DNA of 64,000 bases from Waterburya sp. (GCA_965217895.1 CBDCJV010000002.1:2272001-2336000), one strand, 5' to 3'; positions 1-10,300 are shown, counted from the first letter of the stretch. The notes: generated by a model not told the origin, from the sequence alone. A program made the numbers and translations.

Positions 1-607
1 GGAGATCGCCTTTATCCTGTTGCCGATGAGGTAAAAATATTCCAAAGGTAAAAAGTTGTAAAGAGCTAAGCAAAATAGGGATTACCCAAAATAAAAAAAT
101 ATTGCTTGGGGAAATATGCAAACTGATAAAAGTCCAATAAATAACTGTCATTCCAATCAGTAATATCCAGACTTGTTTTCTTTTTTGATATTCTTTCATA
201 AAGCTGAAATACCAAACCAAAAAATTGTTAGAATCTGCCAAATAAAAATCAGGGTCTTTTTCAGTAGCAGGATAGAGATGATGTAATTGATGATTTTTGG
301 CAAGAAGTTTATAGGGTAATAAGGCGTACAAAAAAGAAGTTGTGTAGCCAATTCCATTATTAACCTGGCGATTTTGAGAAATAATTCCGTGTATTGCTTC
401 GTGGGTAGTAATAAATAATCCAGTATGCAAAAAAGATCTTAAAAGAACGCCAACAATAATCCATAGTGGAAAGACTGTAGTAGTATCTATTCTTAAAAAT
501 CCAATCAAACTAACAAACCAAAGAAATATTGTTGTAAGTCCAACAATAATACTCGTTTGAGAATTAGACTCAATACAAGTTGTTTTTGATCCTAAAAATT
601 TGTGCAT
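1..607 (-). CDS. crtW: Beta-carotene ketolase CrtW-like membrane di-iron enzyme; runs off the left edge; missing from the ORF track
   Basis: Manual translation from ATG at 607 gives His boxes LHTGLFITTHEAIHG and HQLHHLYPATEKDPDF plus FWVIPILLSSLQLFTFGIFLPHR, typical of CrtW. Confidence 0.8.
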   Translation of the reverse strand, partial: MHKFLGSKTTCIESNSQTSIIVGLTTIFLWFVSLIGFLRIDTTTVFPLWIIVGVLLRSFLHTGLFITTHEAIHGIISQNRQVNNGIGYTTSFLYALLPYKLLAKNHQLHHLYPATEKDPDFYLADSNNFLVWYFSFMKEYQKRKQVWILLIGMTVIYWTFISLHISPSNIFLFWVIPILLSSLQLFTFGIFLPHRQQDKGDL

Positions 608-640
608 AAACTATTTTTAAATTTAGTATTTTAATCACGA

Positions 641-1312
641 TTATATTTGTGTGGTAATATTTTTTGAGTTAGCTTCTTGTTGTTCTGGAGATGCTGCTAA
701 CTTTTCCAACTGTTGTAGCAATAGAACTTTTTGTTCCTGTTCTTGAATAACTAAAGCTACTAAATGTATTGCCGATAAAGCGATCGCTATTACCGATAAA
801 ATATAACTATGGATAGTGTAAAAATGAACAATTGTTGTAGTGTTAATGCCTCCTGTTCCTGTTAGGATATTCTTGATAGTTCCGCCAATTAAAGGAATGG
901 CTGCAATAGTTCCCAGCTCTATTTTTAAACGCCAATAGCCTAATTGATTCCAGCTGAGAATCATCGCTGTCCAACCTAGTCCAATAACTGATAAAGTCAG
1001 CAGAATCCCGCTAATCCAGGCGGTCAACCAGCTACGTTGAAATTGTCTGCCAAAAAACATCACAATAATTTGCATTAGTGCTGCTGCTATAATTCCGTTA
1101 CCAGCTAAATTGTGTAGACTGTAGATTGCCCAACCATAAGGAATAGTTTCACTAATCTCGGCAAGAGATTGATGAGCGTCTCCCGCAGCAGGTTCGTAGT
1201 AAAAACTGATTAGAATACCCGATACGGCTGCAGTAATAGCTAAGATTAAAATTGCAATTGATAAAATTGTCGATGTTCGTCGCAGCACAAAATTGCGTCT
1301 AGAAAAATTCAT
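641..1312 (-). CDS. Cytochrome b6/b N-terminal domain protein (divergent PetB paralog)
   Basis: FYYEP, GWAIYSLH, WNQLGYW, IPLIG and FYTIH motifs; four hydrophobic helices; His67, His168, His183. Confidence 0.85.
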   Translation of the reverse strand: MNFSRRNFVLRRTSTILSIAILILAITAAVSGILISFYYEPAAGDAHQSLAEISETIPYGWAIYSLHNLAGNGIIAAALMQIIVMFFGRQFQRSWLTAWISGILLTLSVIGLGWTAMILSWNQLGYWRLKIELGTIAAIPLIGGTIKNILTGTGGINTTTIVHFYTIHSYILSVIAIALSAIHLVALVIQEQEQKVLLLQQLEKLAASPEQQEANSKNITTQI

Positions 1313-1537
1313 GGTTTAAGTTCGTAGATGAAGAGTAAAAAAGTAACTTTAGCTCGATTATGTTGATGTGTTTTATCAAGCTAAAAACTGCTATAGGTTT
1401 AAGCTTGGGAATTTTGCAAGTCGAGCAATGAATCAAAAAAGAGATTTCAGTTTATTAATAACCAAAAAACTTACTCTCTCTAATGATTTTCTAACTCTAA
1501 CAAAGCAAGAAAATGATAATTCCAAATTAATGATGAA

Positions 1538-1687
1538 TTACATAATACCAAGCTGTCCTAGAATGCCTTGACCTGTGACAATTTCAACAATTACAGCAGA
1601 CAAGAAACCGATCATCGCCAAGCGACCATTCCACAGTTCGGCAAATCTGGTAAATCCTAATTTTGGTTCTGGTGTTTGAGTTTGCAT
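1538..1687 (-). CDS. hli: High-light-inducible protein (HLIP/SCP), 49 aa; below the ORF-track cutoff
   Basis: [49 protein letters not shown] with the [12 protein letters not shown] chlorophyll-binding motif. Confidence 0.95.
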   Translation of the reverse strand: MQTQTPEPKLGFTRFAELWNGRLAMIGFLSAVIVEIVTGQGILGQLGIM

Positions 1688-1724
1688 ATTTTGTTAACCT
1701 TTTTGAATTTTGTTTTGAGTACTT

Positions 1725-1740
1725 ATACAAAACTTAACAA
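1725..1740. promoter_or_regulatory. HLR1-like (RpaB) direct repeat upstream of hli
   Basis: ATACAA-aact-TAACAA matches TTACAA-N4-TTACAA at 5/6 per half; about 40 bp upstream of the hli start. Confidence 0.5.
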
Positions 1741-2145
1741 ACTGATTTTTGGCAAAACTCTATCACAAGTTATAAGATTGTTTTTTAGTGTTGCTAATTT
1801 AGTCAGAAAAAGGCAAAAAGTATCAAAAATAACAAAATATTATTGATTGGACTTGAATTATCTCTTCAATTCTTTACCAAAGCAACTTCTAACTAATTTG
1901 ACGAGCGGAAATGCTCTTGGTTAGAGAGCTTATCCCACGCTCGTGTCGATCCGTCTACTGCTTAGTCAACTAAATTAATGATGGATAGACTGTTTCTCTG
2001 TGTCTCCCTGTCTCCCCGTCAACCCCAACCAATCATTTTGTAATTGACAGACTACTACTTAGGCGTTTATTATTTCCCACTTTTGAAAGATGAAAAATAA
2101 GCACTGCCAACTTACCCTTATGTGTAAGATTAGAAAATATAAAAG

Positions 2146-3081
2146 ATGTTTATACCTTTTGGTTTCAGCCAAAAATCTACTCAGACAAATTTGGGTTATA
2201 TAGTTTATTACACCAACGATCGCCCGCCTTGGAATGATACAGAAGTAAATTCTAGAGAAACTTTAATATTTTTACATGGTCTGGGCGGTGGTTCTTCGGC
2301 TTACGAGTGGTCAAAAGTTTATCCTGCCTTTGCCACCGAATATCGCATCCTTGCTCCCGATATGTTGGGTTGGGGTAGATCGGCACATCCCGAACGTAAC
2401 TATGAAGTAGAAGATTATGTTACATCTATTCAGAAGTTTATTGAACATACCTGTAGCGAACCTGTTACAGTAATTGCTTCAGCTCTTACAGCAGCCTTTA
2501 CGATTCGTGCTGCGATCGCTCGTCCCGAATTATTTAAATCTTTGATTTTGACTACCGCAGCAGGATTAAATGAGTTCGGCAAAGATTATCAAGATAACTT
2601 TTTTACTAAACTAGCTGCTACACCAATAATCGATCGCATACTTTATGGTACGGGAGTTGCGACCAGTTTTGGTATTCGGAGTTTTTTGGAACAACGGCAG
2701 TTTGCCAAGGGCGATCGAGTTTATCCTGAATTAATTGAAGCATATTTACAGTCAGCACAGCAGCCTAAGGCTGAGTATGCTGCACTGTCTTTTGTCAGAG
2801 GCGATCTTTGTTTCGATCTGACTCAGTATATTACTCAATTAACCATTCCTACGGCATTGATTTGGGGTCAGGCATCAGAATATACAGGACCAGAAGTAGG
2901 ACATCGTTTACAAGAAATGAATCCCCAAGCAATCCGCATTATGTATCAGTTGAACGATGTAGGCTTCACACCCCAGTTAGAACTTCCTAGCGTTACTGTG
3001 GGACTAATCCGTAAGTTTTTACCTCTACTCGAACCAGCCAACAGCAACGCTACCATAAACATAAATGAAGCAACAATATAA
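2146..3081 (+). CDS. Alpha/beta-fold hydrolase
   Basis: LIFLHGLGGG, APDMLGWGRS and PTALIWG motifs. Confidence 0.9.
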   Translation: MFIPFGFSQKSTQTNLGYIVYYTNDRPPWNDTEVNSRETLIFLHGLGGGSSAYEWSKVYPAFATEYRILAPDMLGWGRSAHPERNYEVEDYVTSIQKFIEHTCSEPVTVIASALTAAFTIRAAIARPELFKSLILTTAAGLNEFGKDYQDNFFTKLAATPIIDRILYGTGVATSFGIRSFLEQRQFAKGDRVYPELIEAYLQSAQQPKAEYAALSFVRGDLCFDLTQYITQLTIPTALIWGQASEYTGPEVGHRLQEMNPQAIRIMYQLNDVGFTPQLELPSVTVGLIRKFLPLLEPANSNATININEATI

Positions 3082-3157
3082 GAGCAAAATCAAGCAATAT
3101 TTTTGACCTTTTTGGGAATCATAAGCATAATGCTTATCTATTTCTGTTTGTGTAGCT

Positions 3158-5080
3158 ATGGATCGAGAATTAATTATTCAAGCCTTGAAAAGTACCTGTG
3201 GCAATAAAAACTTTCGCTTTCAAGTCCTGGTGCAAAATTTCGAGCTACATATTTATGTCAATCATAAAACAGAAAAACATCCAGATTATTTACTTTTAAC
3301 CGATCTGATAACAAAGGTGACTGTTAGTTTACCTTTAGATGCTTATCAAGGTATGTGGTTATATAGCCGTAAATTGGGGGATATTGAACCAAAATGGCAG
3401 ACTTATATAAAATTTCCTTTAAAAAATAATCCAGATGACCTGGATACTGTAGCTAATTCTCCAGAAACAGCCAATTCTGAAGCGGGAGATATAAATCGGG
3501 TTTTAAACGCAGATATAGTTTATCAAGCTTCTTTACCAGAAGAGGTTAATACCTTTGCTCCTAAGTTCACAGAAACAACAGAGATAATTGACGACTTAGA
3601 AAGTTTAGTCGAGCTTAGCACTGGTAATACTGACTTGCTCGACAAGACAGGAATGATTCATAAAGCTGCTTTACCAGAAGAAGAGATCGATACTTTTCCT
3701 TATAGGCTGGTAGAAGAAACAGATACGACTGATTTAGACAAGATAAATCTGACCCAATATTGTTTTGTTACCAATCAAAAACTCCTCACTAGCGATATTC
3801 TTGCGCCAGACAAAGATACTGTCCGTTTGGTCAAGTTTTTTCACCATTTATCTGACAATAATAAGCAAAAGATTCTGCCAGCCTTAAATGGTTATTTTAA
3901 GCTAGCTAAAATTCCTGATACCGAAAAGCTATCCGTAGCATTACAAAACTGGCTCAAGCAAATAACCGAATTAGATGATGAACATCGTCGTGCAGCCGAA
4001 ATTTGGCTAAGTCGCTACTGTTTTGATCGCGATGCAACCTTAAATGAGTTTAAAACTGTGGCAGACAGAAATGCTGTCATTGCTGCCAAAAACAAGAAAA
4101 CTCAAAGCCATGTTGAGTATAGCTTTACTTCAGCAAATCCAGATTTTTCTAGTAGTGATGATTTTCATCAGCAAAAATTCAAACTTCCTCCCGTGATTAG
4201 GAAATTCTTTTTTCCTTTTGTTTGGACATTGGCTACCTTAATTTGCCTAATTCTGGGAATTTATACCACCAACTTGCAAACAACTTCTCAAGCTATTCCC
4301 TCTATTTGTAACAGCACCATAGGTTCACCTAATTACTGCCGTTTGGCAGTTAACTTGGCAGGAGAAAAAGCAATTAAGCAATTATCCTCTAGTATTTTTC
4401 CTCTCACAGAAATAACCGAAACTGCGGCTAATTATGGTTGTCAAAGATATGCCAATGTTAAAGCGGGAATTGCAGGTAATATCGATCCTCGCCAAACTCA
4501 TGTTATATCTAGCTATGGAGAGAAAATATTGCCTCGTGCTTATGTAGTTGAGGCTCAACAAAAAAATGTAGGGCAACCAGATAATGTTAGGGTGGGATGC
4601 GTATATGCTGCGGGACAAACAGAGCGATCGCCTAAACTATTAGCAGCAGACATTATTCCTAACAATTGGCCAACCGAACACTACCAACCACGAACTAAAC
4701 CTGGGTCTAATATTTCTTTTGGTTTCTATACCAATATTGTTAACTTGGGTTTGTACGCCATATTTTACGCCATTGGTATTGCGATCGCCTCTAAGCTAAA
4801 TTTAGGCATTAAAATCAATCATACTCGAACTATTTATCTTGTTGCTGTAATCCTAGCAATGGTGCAGTTGCTCCCAGGCAAGCTACCAGTATTTAACTTA
4901 ATTGCCAGTACCATGCTGCCAATTCTAGCTGTACTAAGTCTTGGCATAGTGATTAAAGATTTTAAGCTGGATCGTAACTACGGCTATCCTCTGGTAGCTG
5001 CGGGAATTTTAGTTATTGTAGCCGTGCAGTTTTTACTCTATGGTTTGTTTTTAAAATTGGTCAACGTTACACCGCCGTAA
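3158..5080 (+). CDS. Hypothetical membrane protein
   Basis: 640-aa ORF with an acidic linker, a central TM helix and about four C-terminal TM helices. Confidence 0.75.
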   Translation: MDRELIIQALKSTCGNKNFRFQVLVQNFELHIYVNHKTEKHPDYLLLTDLITKVTVSLPLDAYQGMWLYSRKLGDIEPKWQTYIKFPLKNNPDDLDTVANSPETANSEAGDINRVLNADIVYQASLPEEVNTFAPKFTETTEIIDDLESLVELSTGNTDLLDKTGMIHKAALPEEEIDTFPYRLVEETDTTDLDKINLTQYCFVTNQKLLTSDILAPDKDTVRLVKFFHHLSDNNKQKILPALNGYFKLAKIPDTEKLSVALQNWLKQITELDDEHRRAAEIWLSRYCFDRDATLNEFKTVADRNAVIAAKNKKTQSHVEYSFTSANPDFSSSDDFHQQKFKLPPVIRKFFFPFVWTLATLICLILGIYTTNLQTTSQAIPSICNSTIGSPNYCRLAVNLAGEKAIKQLSSSIFPLTEITETAANYGCQRYANVKAGIAGNIDPRQTHVISSYGEKILPRAYVVEAQQKNVGQPDNVRVGCVYAAGQTERSPKLLAADIIPNNWPTEHYQPRTKPGSNISFGFYTNIVNLGLYAIFYAIGIAIASKLNLGIKINHTRTIYLVAVILAMVQLLPGKLPVFNLIASTMLPILAVLSLGIVIKDFKLDRNYGYPLVAAGILVIVAVQFLLYGLFLKLVNVTPP

Positions 5081-5168
5081 AAGCGGTCAGACCCCGCGTC
5101 GCCGTTAGGCGCAAGGGAATGCTGACCAAGACACGACGGTGCCTGCGTTGACCGCCTTCCGCGGTCAA
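5059..5168. mobile_element. Composite GC-rich small dispersed repeat insertion flanked by a GGTCAA duplication
   Basis: GGTCAA at 5059-5064 and 5163-5168; internal hairpins; 30-bp core (5090-5119) recurs at 10696-10725 with 29/30 identity. Confidence 0.7.
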
Positions 5169-5229
5169 TTAACTAGTTTAATCCCAACTCATAGAGCGAT
5201 CGCCAAGCGAAGATTTAGTGCGTTGATAA

Positions 5230-6420
5230 TCATTTGTTTATTTGCAGAAATTGGTCAATTTTTGCTGCTGCTTGACGGAGAATTTCAAAATCTTTAACCA
5301 AGGCAAAGCGCACATATCCTTCTCCTGCTTGCCCAAAACCTGCACCAGGAGATGCTACCACGCCAGTTTGAGCTACTAATTTAGTACAGAAGTCAACAGA
5401 TTTGTTTTCCCAAGGATGGGGAAGTTTTGCCCAAACATACATAGTTGCTTCGGGTAATTCTACCTGCCAGCCAATGTCATTGAGAGCTTGAACAAAAACA
5501 TCTCGACGTTGTTGAAAGGTTTTGACAGTTTCGGTTATGGACTCTTGTGAACCAGATAAAGCTGCGATCGCACCATTGAGAATTCCCCTATATTGATTAA
5601 AATCGACAACGGCTTTGATTTGTCTTAAAGCCTGAATTAAAGAACTATTGCCAATGGCATAACCAATCCGAAATCCGCCCATATTATAGGATTTAGACAA
5701 GGTGAAAAATTCTATGCTGAGTTCTTTATCAGGATCGGCTTGCAGAATTGAAGGTGCAAAGGAATTAGTATCAGCAGAATCGGTAAATACCAAATCGACA
5801 TAGGGGAAATCGTGAACGAGAACTAGATTATGTTGACGACAAAAGCTAACTGCTTTTTCAAAAAAAGCTAGAGGTGCGATCGCTGCTGTGGGATTATGGG
5901 GATAACTTAGCACCATCATTTTTGATTTAGCTAACGTAGCAGCAGGAATATCTTCCAAAGCAGGCAAAAAATTATCGGTTGCCAATAATGGCATAGGGTA
6001 AATTTCGCCTCCAGCCAAATAGACTCCTCCAGCATGGGAAGGATAACCAGGATCTTGTAATAAAGCTATGTCCCCAGGGTTCAAAATTGCTAGAGGTAGA
6101 TGTGCAGTGCCTTCTTGAGAGCCAATCAAGGGTAGTACTTCAGTCTCAGGATCGACAGTCATACCAAATCGATTACTATACCAATTAGCTACCGCAACTC
6201 GAAAGTCTTTGGTGCCAGCATGAAGCAGATAGCCGTGGGTATGAGGATCTTTTAAAGAAGTTTCAATCACTTTGATTGTTGAGTCAGCTACAGGTAAATC
6301 TGATGAACCCAAGGATAAATCAATAATTTCTTTTCCAGAATTTTTAGCTTCAGTTTTGGCTCGATCCATATCAGCAAATACATTGCGAGCGAGATTTTGG
6401 AGGCGATTGGCAAATTGCAT
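5230..6420 (-). CDS. PLP-dependent class I/II aminotransferase (LL-diaminopimelate aminotransferase-like)
   Basis: YPHNPT, HDFPY and SKSYNMGGFRIG (PLP Lys) motifs. Confidence 0.9.
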   Translation of the reverse strand: MQFANRLQNLARNVFADMDRAKTEAKNSGKEIIDLSLGSSDLPVADSTIKVIETSLKDPHTHGYLLHAGTKDFRVAVANWYSNRFGMTVDPETEVLPLIGSQEGTAHLPLAILNPGDIALLQDPGYPSHAGGVYLAGGEIYPMPLLATDNFLPALEDIPAATLAKSKMMVLSYPHNPTAAIAPLAFFEKAVSFCRQHNLVLVHDFPYVDLVFTDSADTNSFAPSILQADPDKELSIEFFTLSKSYNMGGFRIGYAIGNSSLIQALRQIKAVVDFNQYRGILNGAIAALSGSQESITETVKTFQQRRDVFVQALNDIGWQVELPEATMYVWAKLPHPWENKSVDFCTKLVAQTGVVASPGAGFGQAGEGYVRFALVKDFEILRQAAAKIDQFLQINK

Positions 6421-6470
6421 TTGATCTCAAAATAAAATTTTAACTTATTTATCGATTTGCTATTTTTAAA

Positions 6471-6501
6471 AGCTTATAGCTTACAGCTTACAGCTTATAG
6501 C
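6471..6501. repeat. Heptamer short tandem repeat (STRR-type), AGCTTA[T/C] units
   Basis: agcttat agcttac agcttac agcttat; related heptamer tracts near 24777-24812 and 39225-39257. Confidence 0.75.
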
Positions 6502-6618
6502 TACGAACAACATCACTATTAAACTCATGCTTCAACTTAACAACGTCAATGTGGCAATTAAAAATTTCCTGAGATAAAATTGACCAGCTTTCTTCTTTAG
6601 CCGAATTCTTTAATATGC

Positions 6619-7962
6619 GTGAGTTCGATGAACACAAATTCTAATACTTCAACCCTGCCTTCAAAAGATAGTCTCAATTATCACAATTTAGACACTCAAT
6701 CTTTGACGATAACTCAACAAAATCAATTGGATCGGCCAACTCAACAGCAGAAAAAGTCAATTGCGCGGATTTATTCAGAACAAGCTTGGATGTATTTTCA
6801 GGAGCGAAATTGGCATAAAGCTATGATTGCTTGTAAAAATGCTTTAGAAATTGCTCCTGATACTGTAGATGCCTATAAAATTTTGGGCAACATCTTGCAA
6901 CGTCAGGGTAAACAAGCTGAAGCTTTGGGAGCATACGCTAAAGCACTAGCCTGTAATCCTAATTCAGCAGCTGTATACGCTAATTTGGGCAGTTTGTATG
7001 CCGAACAAAAAAATTGGCAGAATGCTTTAGATTACTTTCAACAGGCTGTAATTTTAGATCCTAATCTAGCTGGAGCATATCGCAGCCTGGCTCAAATTTG
7101 GGAGGAATTAGGGGATATAAACCAAGCCTTAGAATGTTTTTGTCAAGCCGTAAATTTAGAACCTGAAATCTTAACTGCCGAAGAATATTTTAATTTTGCC
7201 CAAGAACTATATCAGCAGGGAAGAATTAAAGAAGCAAGCGTTTTTTATATTCAGGGAGTCAAGCTAAATCCCCAGGCAAAACAAGAACTAATACAGCTAG
7301 TCAAGATTTTAGAAGAGCTAGAAGAATGGAAAAAAGCAGTATTTTACTATCATCAGTTAATTTCTTTAGCCAGTCCGAATAGCGATCGCCAAAGCTCAAT
7401 TAAAAAAGATAAGCCAATTAAAAATCTGCTGTCTCAGTCTAAATTTAAGGACAAACGCAGAAATGCTCCCCAGACTCATTTAATTCCGCCATCACCAAAA
7501 AGTGCTGTACCTCGATTAATGCCTAAAGCAGAAGCTAGTTCTTCAGCCTTGGCAGCTATCCCATCTAAAAACCCTTCATCAGAACAACATCCTGATTCTG
7601 CTGTTGCCTGGAATAATCTGGGTAGTTTGTATGCTCAAAAACAGCAGTGGGCAAAAGCAATTAGCTGTTATCAAGAAGCGTTACAGCTTGATGCTAAATA
7701 TAGTAAAAGCTATCGTAATTTGGCAAGAGTTTATCAAAAATTAGGAGAACAACAAAAAGCCACTCTTTATTGGTATCAAGCATTTACTTTAGAACCCGAT
7801 CGGGTTAAACCTGAAGAGTATTTTAGTTTGGCAAAGAATTTACTTAAACAAAGCCAAGTTGAAAAAGCGATCGCCTGTTTGCGTCGCACGATTGAACTTA
7901 AACCAAACTTCGATCAGGCTCGTTTAATTCTGGGTAAATTGCTCGAAAGCCAAGAAAAGTGA
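6619..7962 (+). CDS. Tetratricopeptide repeat protein
   Basis: Repeated TPR units (NLGSLYA, AVILDP) in two blocks. Confidence 0.9.
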   Translation: MSSMNTNSNTSTLPSKDSLNYHNLDTQSLTITQQNQLDRPTQQQKKSIARIYSEQAWMYFQERNWHKAMIACKNALEIAPDTVDAYKILGNILQRQGKQAEALGAYAKALACNPNSAAVYANLGSLYAEQKNWQNALDYFQQAVILDPNLAGAYRSLAQIWEELGDINQALECFCQAVNLEPEILTAEEYFNFAQELYQQGRIKEASVFYIQGVKLNPQAKQELIQLVKILEELEEWKKAVFYYHQLISLASPNSDRQSSIKKDKPIKNLLSQSKFKDKRRNAPQTHLIPPSPKSAVPRLMPKAEASSSALAAIPSKNPSSEQHPDSAVAWNNLGSLYAQKQQWAKAISCYQEALQLDAKYSKSYRNLARVYQKLGEQQKATLYWYQAFTLEPDRVKPEEYFSLAKNLLKQSQVEKAIACLRRTIELKPNFDQARLILGKLLESQEK

Positions 7963-7976
7963 TTTTAGATTCTAGT

Positions 7977-8004
7977 GTAGGGGCGATTCACGAATCACCC
8001 CTGC
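7977..8004. repeat. GTAG-type REP-like palindrome between convergent genes
   Basis: GTAGGGGCGATTC-ac-GAATCACCCCTGC, stem 11/13. Confidence 0.65.
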
Positions 8005-8019
8005 TGGGCTGTTTGCTAT

Positions 8020-8784
8020 TTACTTGTCGAGTTGAGAACGTAACTCATCTAATTCTGCATCAATTACGGCATCTTGGGGTGCAGGTGTGTCGGCTGCTGG
8101 TGTCAATATTGGGGTTTCTACAGAAGTTCCAGACAATTGGGCTTTCATCGCTGCCAATTCATCGTCAACCCCACTACCAGCCTCTAAAGCTGCAAACTGT
8201 TGCTCTAGACCTGTTCCACCTAATGAAACTGCGGCTTCAGATTCTGCCTCTACCTGCATCACCTTTTCTTCCATGCGCTCAAATGCGCCCATTGCACTGC
8301 TAGTACCAATGTTGTTTACTGAGTCCTGTAGCTGCTTGTTGGCTTTGGCAGCATTTGCCCTTGCCTTGAGCATATCTTTTTTGGTTTTTGCCTCAGAAAT
8401 TTTGCTTTCTAGGGCAATTAGATTGCGTTTGAGGGTGCCAACAGTACCACTTTGCTGATCGAGCTGCGCTTTAAGAGTAGCAGCGGTGTCGGCAAAGGAT
8501 TTTTTGCGGACTAATGCCTCGCGAGCTAAATTCTCATCTCCTTTGGATAAAGCCAACTGCGCCCTTTGCTGCCAGCTATTAGCCTCTGACTGATTTTTAT
8601 TGTACTGTTGTTCGGTGCGTTTTTGAGTTGCGATCGCCCTGGCAACAGCTTGACGTAGCTGCACCAAATCTTCCTGCATATCAATTACTGCCTGTTCCAG
8701 CACCTTTTCTGGATCTTCAGCTTTGCTGACTAGATCGTTAATATTGGATCGAACAACTCTGCTAAGGCGATCAAATAATCCCAT
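8020..8784 (-). CDS. vipp1: PspA/IM30 family protein (Vipp1-type with C-terminal extension)
   Basis: MGLFDRLSRVV, AEDPEKVLEQ, AFERMEEKV and C-terminal helix VIDAELDELRSQL. Confidence 0.85.
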   Translation of the reverse strand: MGLFDRLSRVVRSNINDLVSKAEDPEKVLEQAVIDMQEDLVQLRQAVARAIATQKRTEQQYNKNQSEANSWQQRAQLALSKGDENLAREALVRKKSFADTAATLKAQLDQQSGTVGTLKRNLIALESKISEAKTKKDMLKARANAAKANKQLQDSVNNIGTSSAMGAFERMEEKVMQVEAESEAAVSLGGTGLEQQFAALEAGSGVDDELAAMKAQLSGTSVETPILTPAADTPAPQDAVIDAELDELRSQLDK

Positions 8785-9083
8785 GACTTTGTATATCCTT
8801 ATAATCGTTTACAAAAAAGTATAGGCTTGGTAGACTCCAGGATACTAAGTCCACCATCAACTATTTATTAAGAACGTGATTTTTCTTTTCACGTTTCTAG
8901 TGTGACATATTATTCTAGTGTACTGTCGATCTTCGAGAAAATGTACTATTGCCTGAAAAACAATAAATTTTGCAGGTTGAAATTGTCAAAAATGCAGCAC
9001 TTACCATAAACCTGTAATTTATTTGCAGTCTTATATATAATTCAAGGCAAAAAATTCAGCATTTAAAATGGTCAATTAGATTA

Positions 9084-10285
9084 ATGAATCAAAAATGCTA
9101 CGCAGTCTTAAAACGGGGTACTGAATATTGGAACAAGTGGAAGAAAAACAATCTGCAACAGCTCGATCTTAGAGGCATAAACTTAAGTGGAGAAGTTTTG
9201 CTCGGCATCAATTTAACAGGAGTTAATTTAGCAGGGGCGAACCTAGTCAAGACTAATTTTTGTGGTGCAAATTTAACTGGTGCAAACCTAACGGGTGCAA
9301 ACTTAAGTGGCGCAAGCATAAGTGGTGCTAATTTAACTGGTGCAAACCTGATCAAAACCAATTATAGAGGTGCAGAATTAGTTGGTTCTAACCTTAGCTT
9401 GGCAGACTTAAGTATAGCCAATTTTAGAGTGGTTAATTTTACGGCTGCCGATTTAACAGGAGTCAATTTTAGTCAAGCCGACATTGAAAGCGCAAATTTT
9501 GCGGAAGCCAACTTAACTAGGGCTAATTTTGAACTAGCGCAGCTTAGTCATAGTAGCTTCAAAAATGCTATTTAACTCAGGTTCGTTTTGATCGGGCTAA
9601 TTTGAGTCAGGCTGATTTAGAACAGGCTGATTTAAGTGAAGCCAGTTTAATCCGCGTCGATCTCAGACAGGCAAATTTAAAAGGTGCTAATTTAACTGAA
9701 GTTAACTTGAGTGCAGCTAATTTGAGTGAGGCAAATTTGAGCAAATCTGAACTAAATGATGCTTATCTAGCTGAAGCTAATCTATATGGGGCAAATTTAA
9801 CCCAGACCAATTTGCTTCAAACTAAAGCCTGGTTGACTAATTTCTCTGGTTGCATTTTGACAGGCGTATGTATTGATAATTTACAAATTAATCGCCAAAC
9901 ATCTTTTAAAAAGGTTATCTGCAAATATCTCTATCTAAAATATTATCAGCAGCAGCGTAAACCAGAAAATCCTGACCAATACCTAACTTCAGATGAATTT
10001 AATCTAATTCTTCAAGATTTGATTGCCTCGGTCAATATAGTATTGGATGCCGATATCAATTGGTCATTTCTGCTAAATACTGTTGAAGAATTACAGCGAG
10101 AGTATCAGGATAAGATTGAAATCAAGGCAGTTGAAGTTTTGACTAACCATCGATTTATGGTGAGAATGACATTCCCTGCTGATTCAGAAATTGAAGCAAT
10201 TAAAAAGTATTTTTTGCACAAATATAATTTAATTTCATTGTCTCAAAATAAGTTAATTGGCAAAAAAAATTCAAGAGTAATATAA
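9084..10285 (+). pseudogene. Pentapeptide-repeat protein split by a 1-bp frameshift (pseudogene or sequencing error)
   Basis: ORFs 9084-9575 and 9602-10285 join into continuous repeats (KNAILTQVRFDRANL) if one T is added to the run at 9571-9573. Confidence 0.75.
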
Positions 10286-10300
10286 TTGCTATAAATAAAA

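Noticed and set aside
1368..1571. 67-aa plus-strand ORF
   Set aside because: No motif, GTG start, overlaps the hli 3' end antisense and covers the petB-like upstream region
7959..8458. Plus-strand ORFs opposite vipp1, and similar antisense or alternate-frame ORFs over pentapeptide, rbp, cpcE, transketolase, ycf3, maf and cysC genes
   Set aside because: Shadow frames of well-supported genes with no independent motifs
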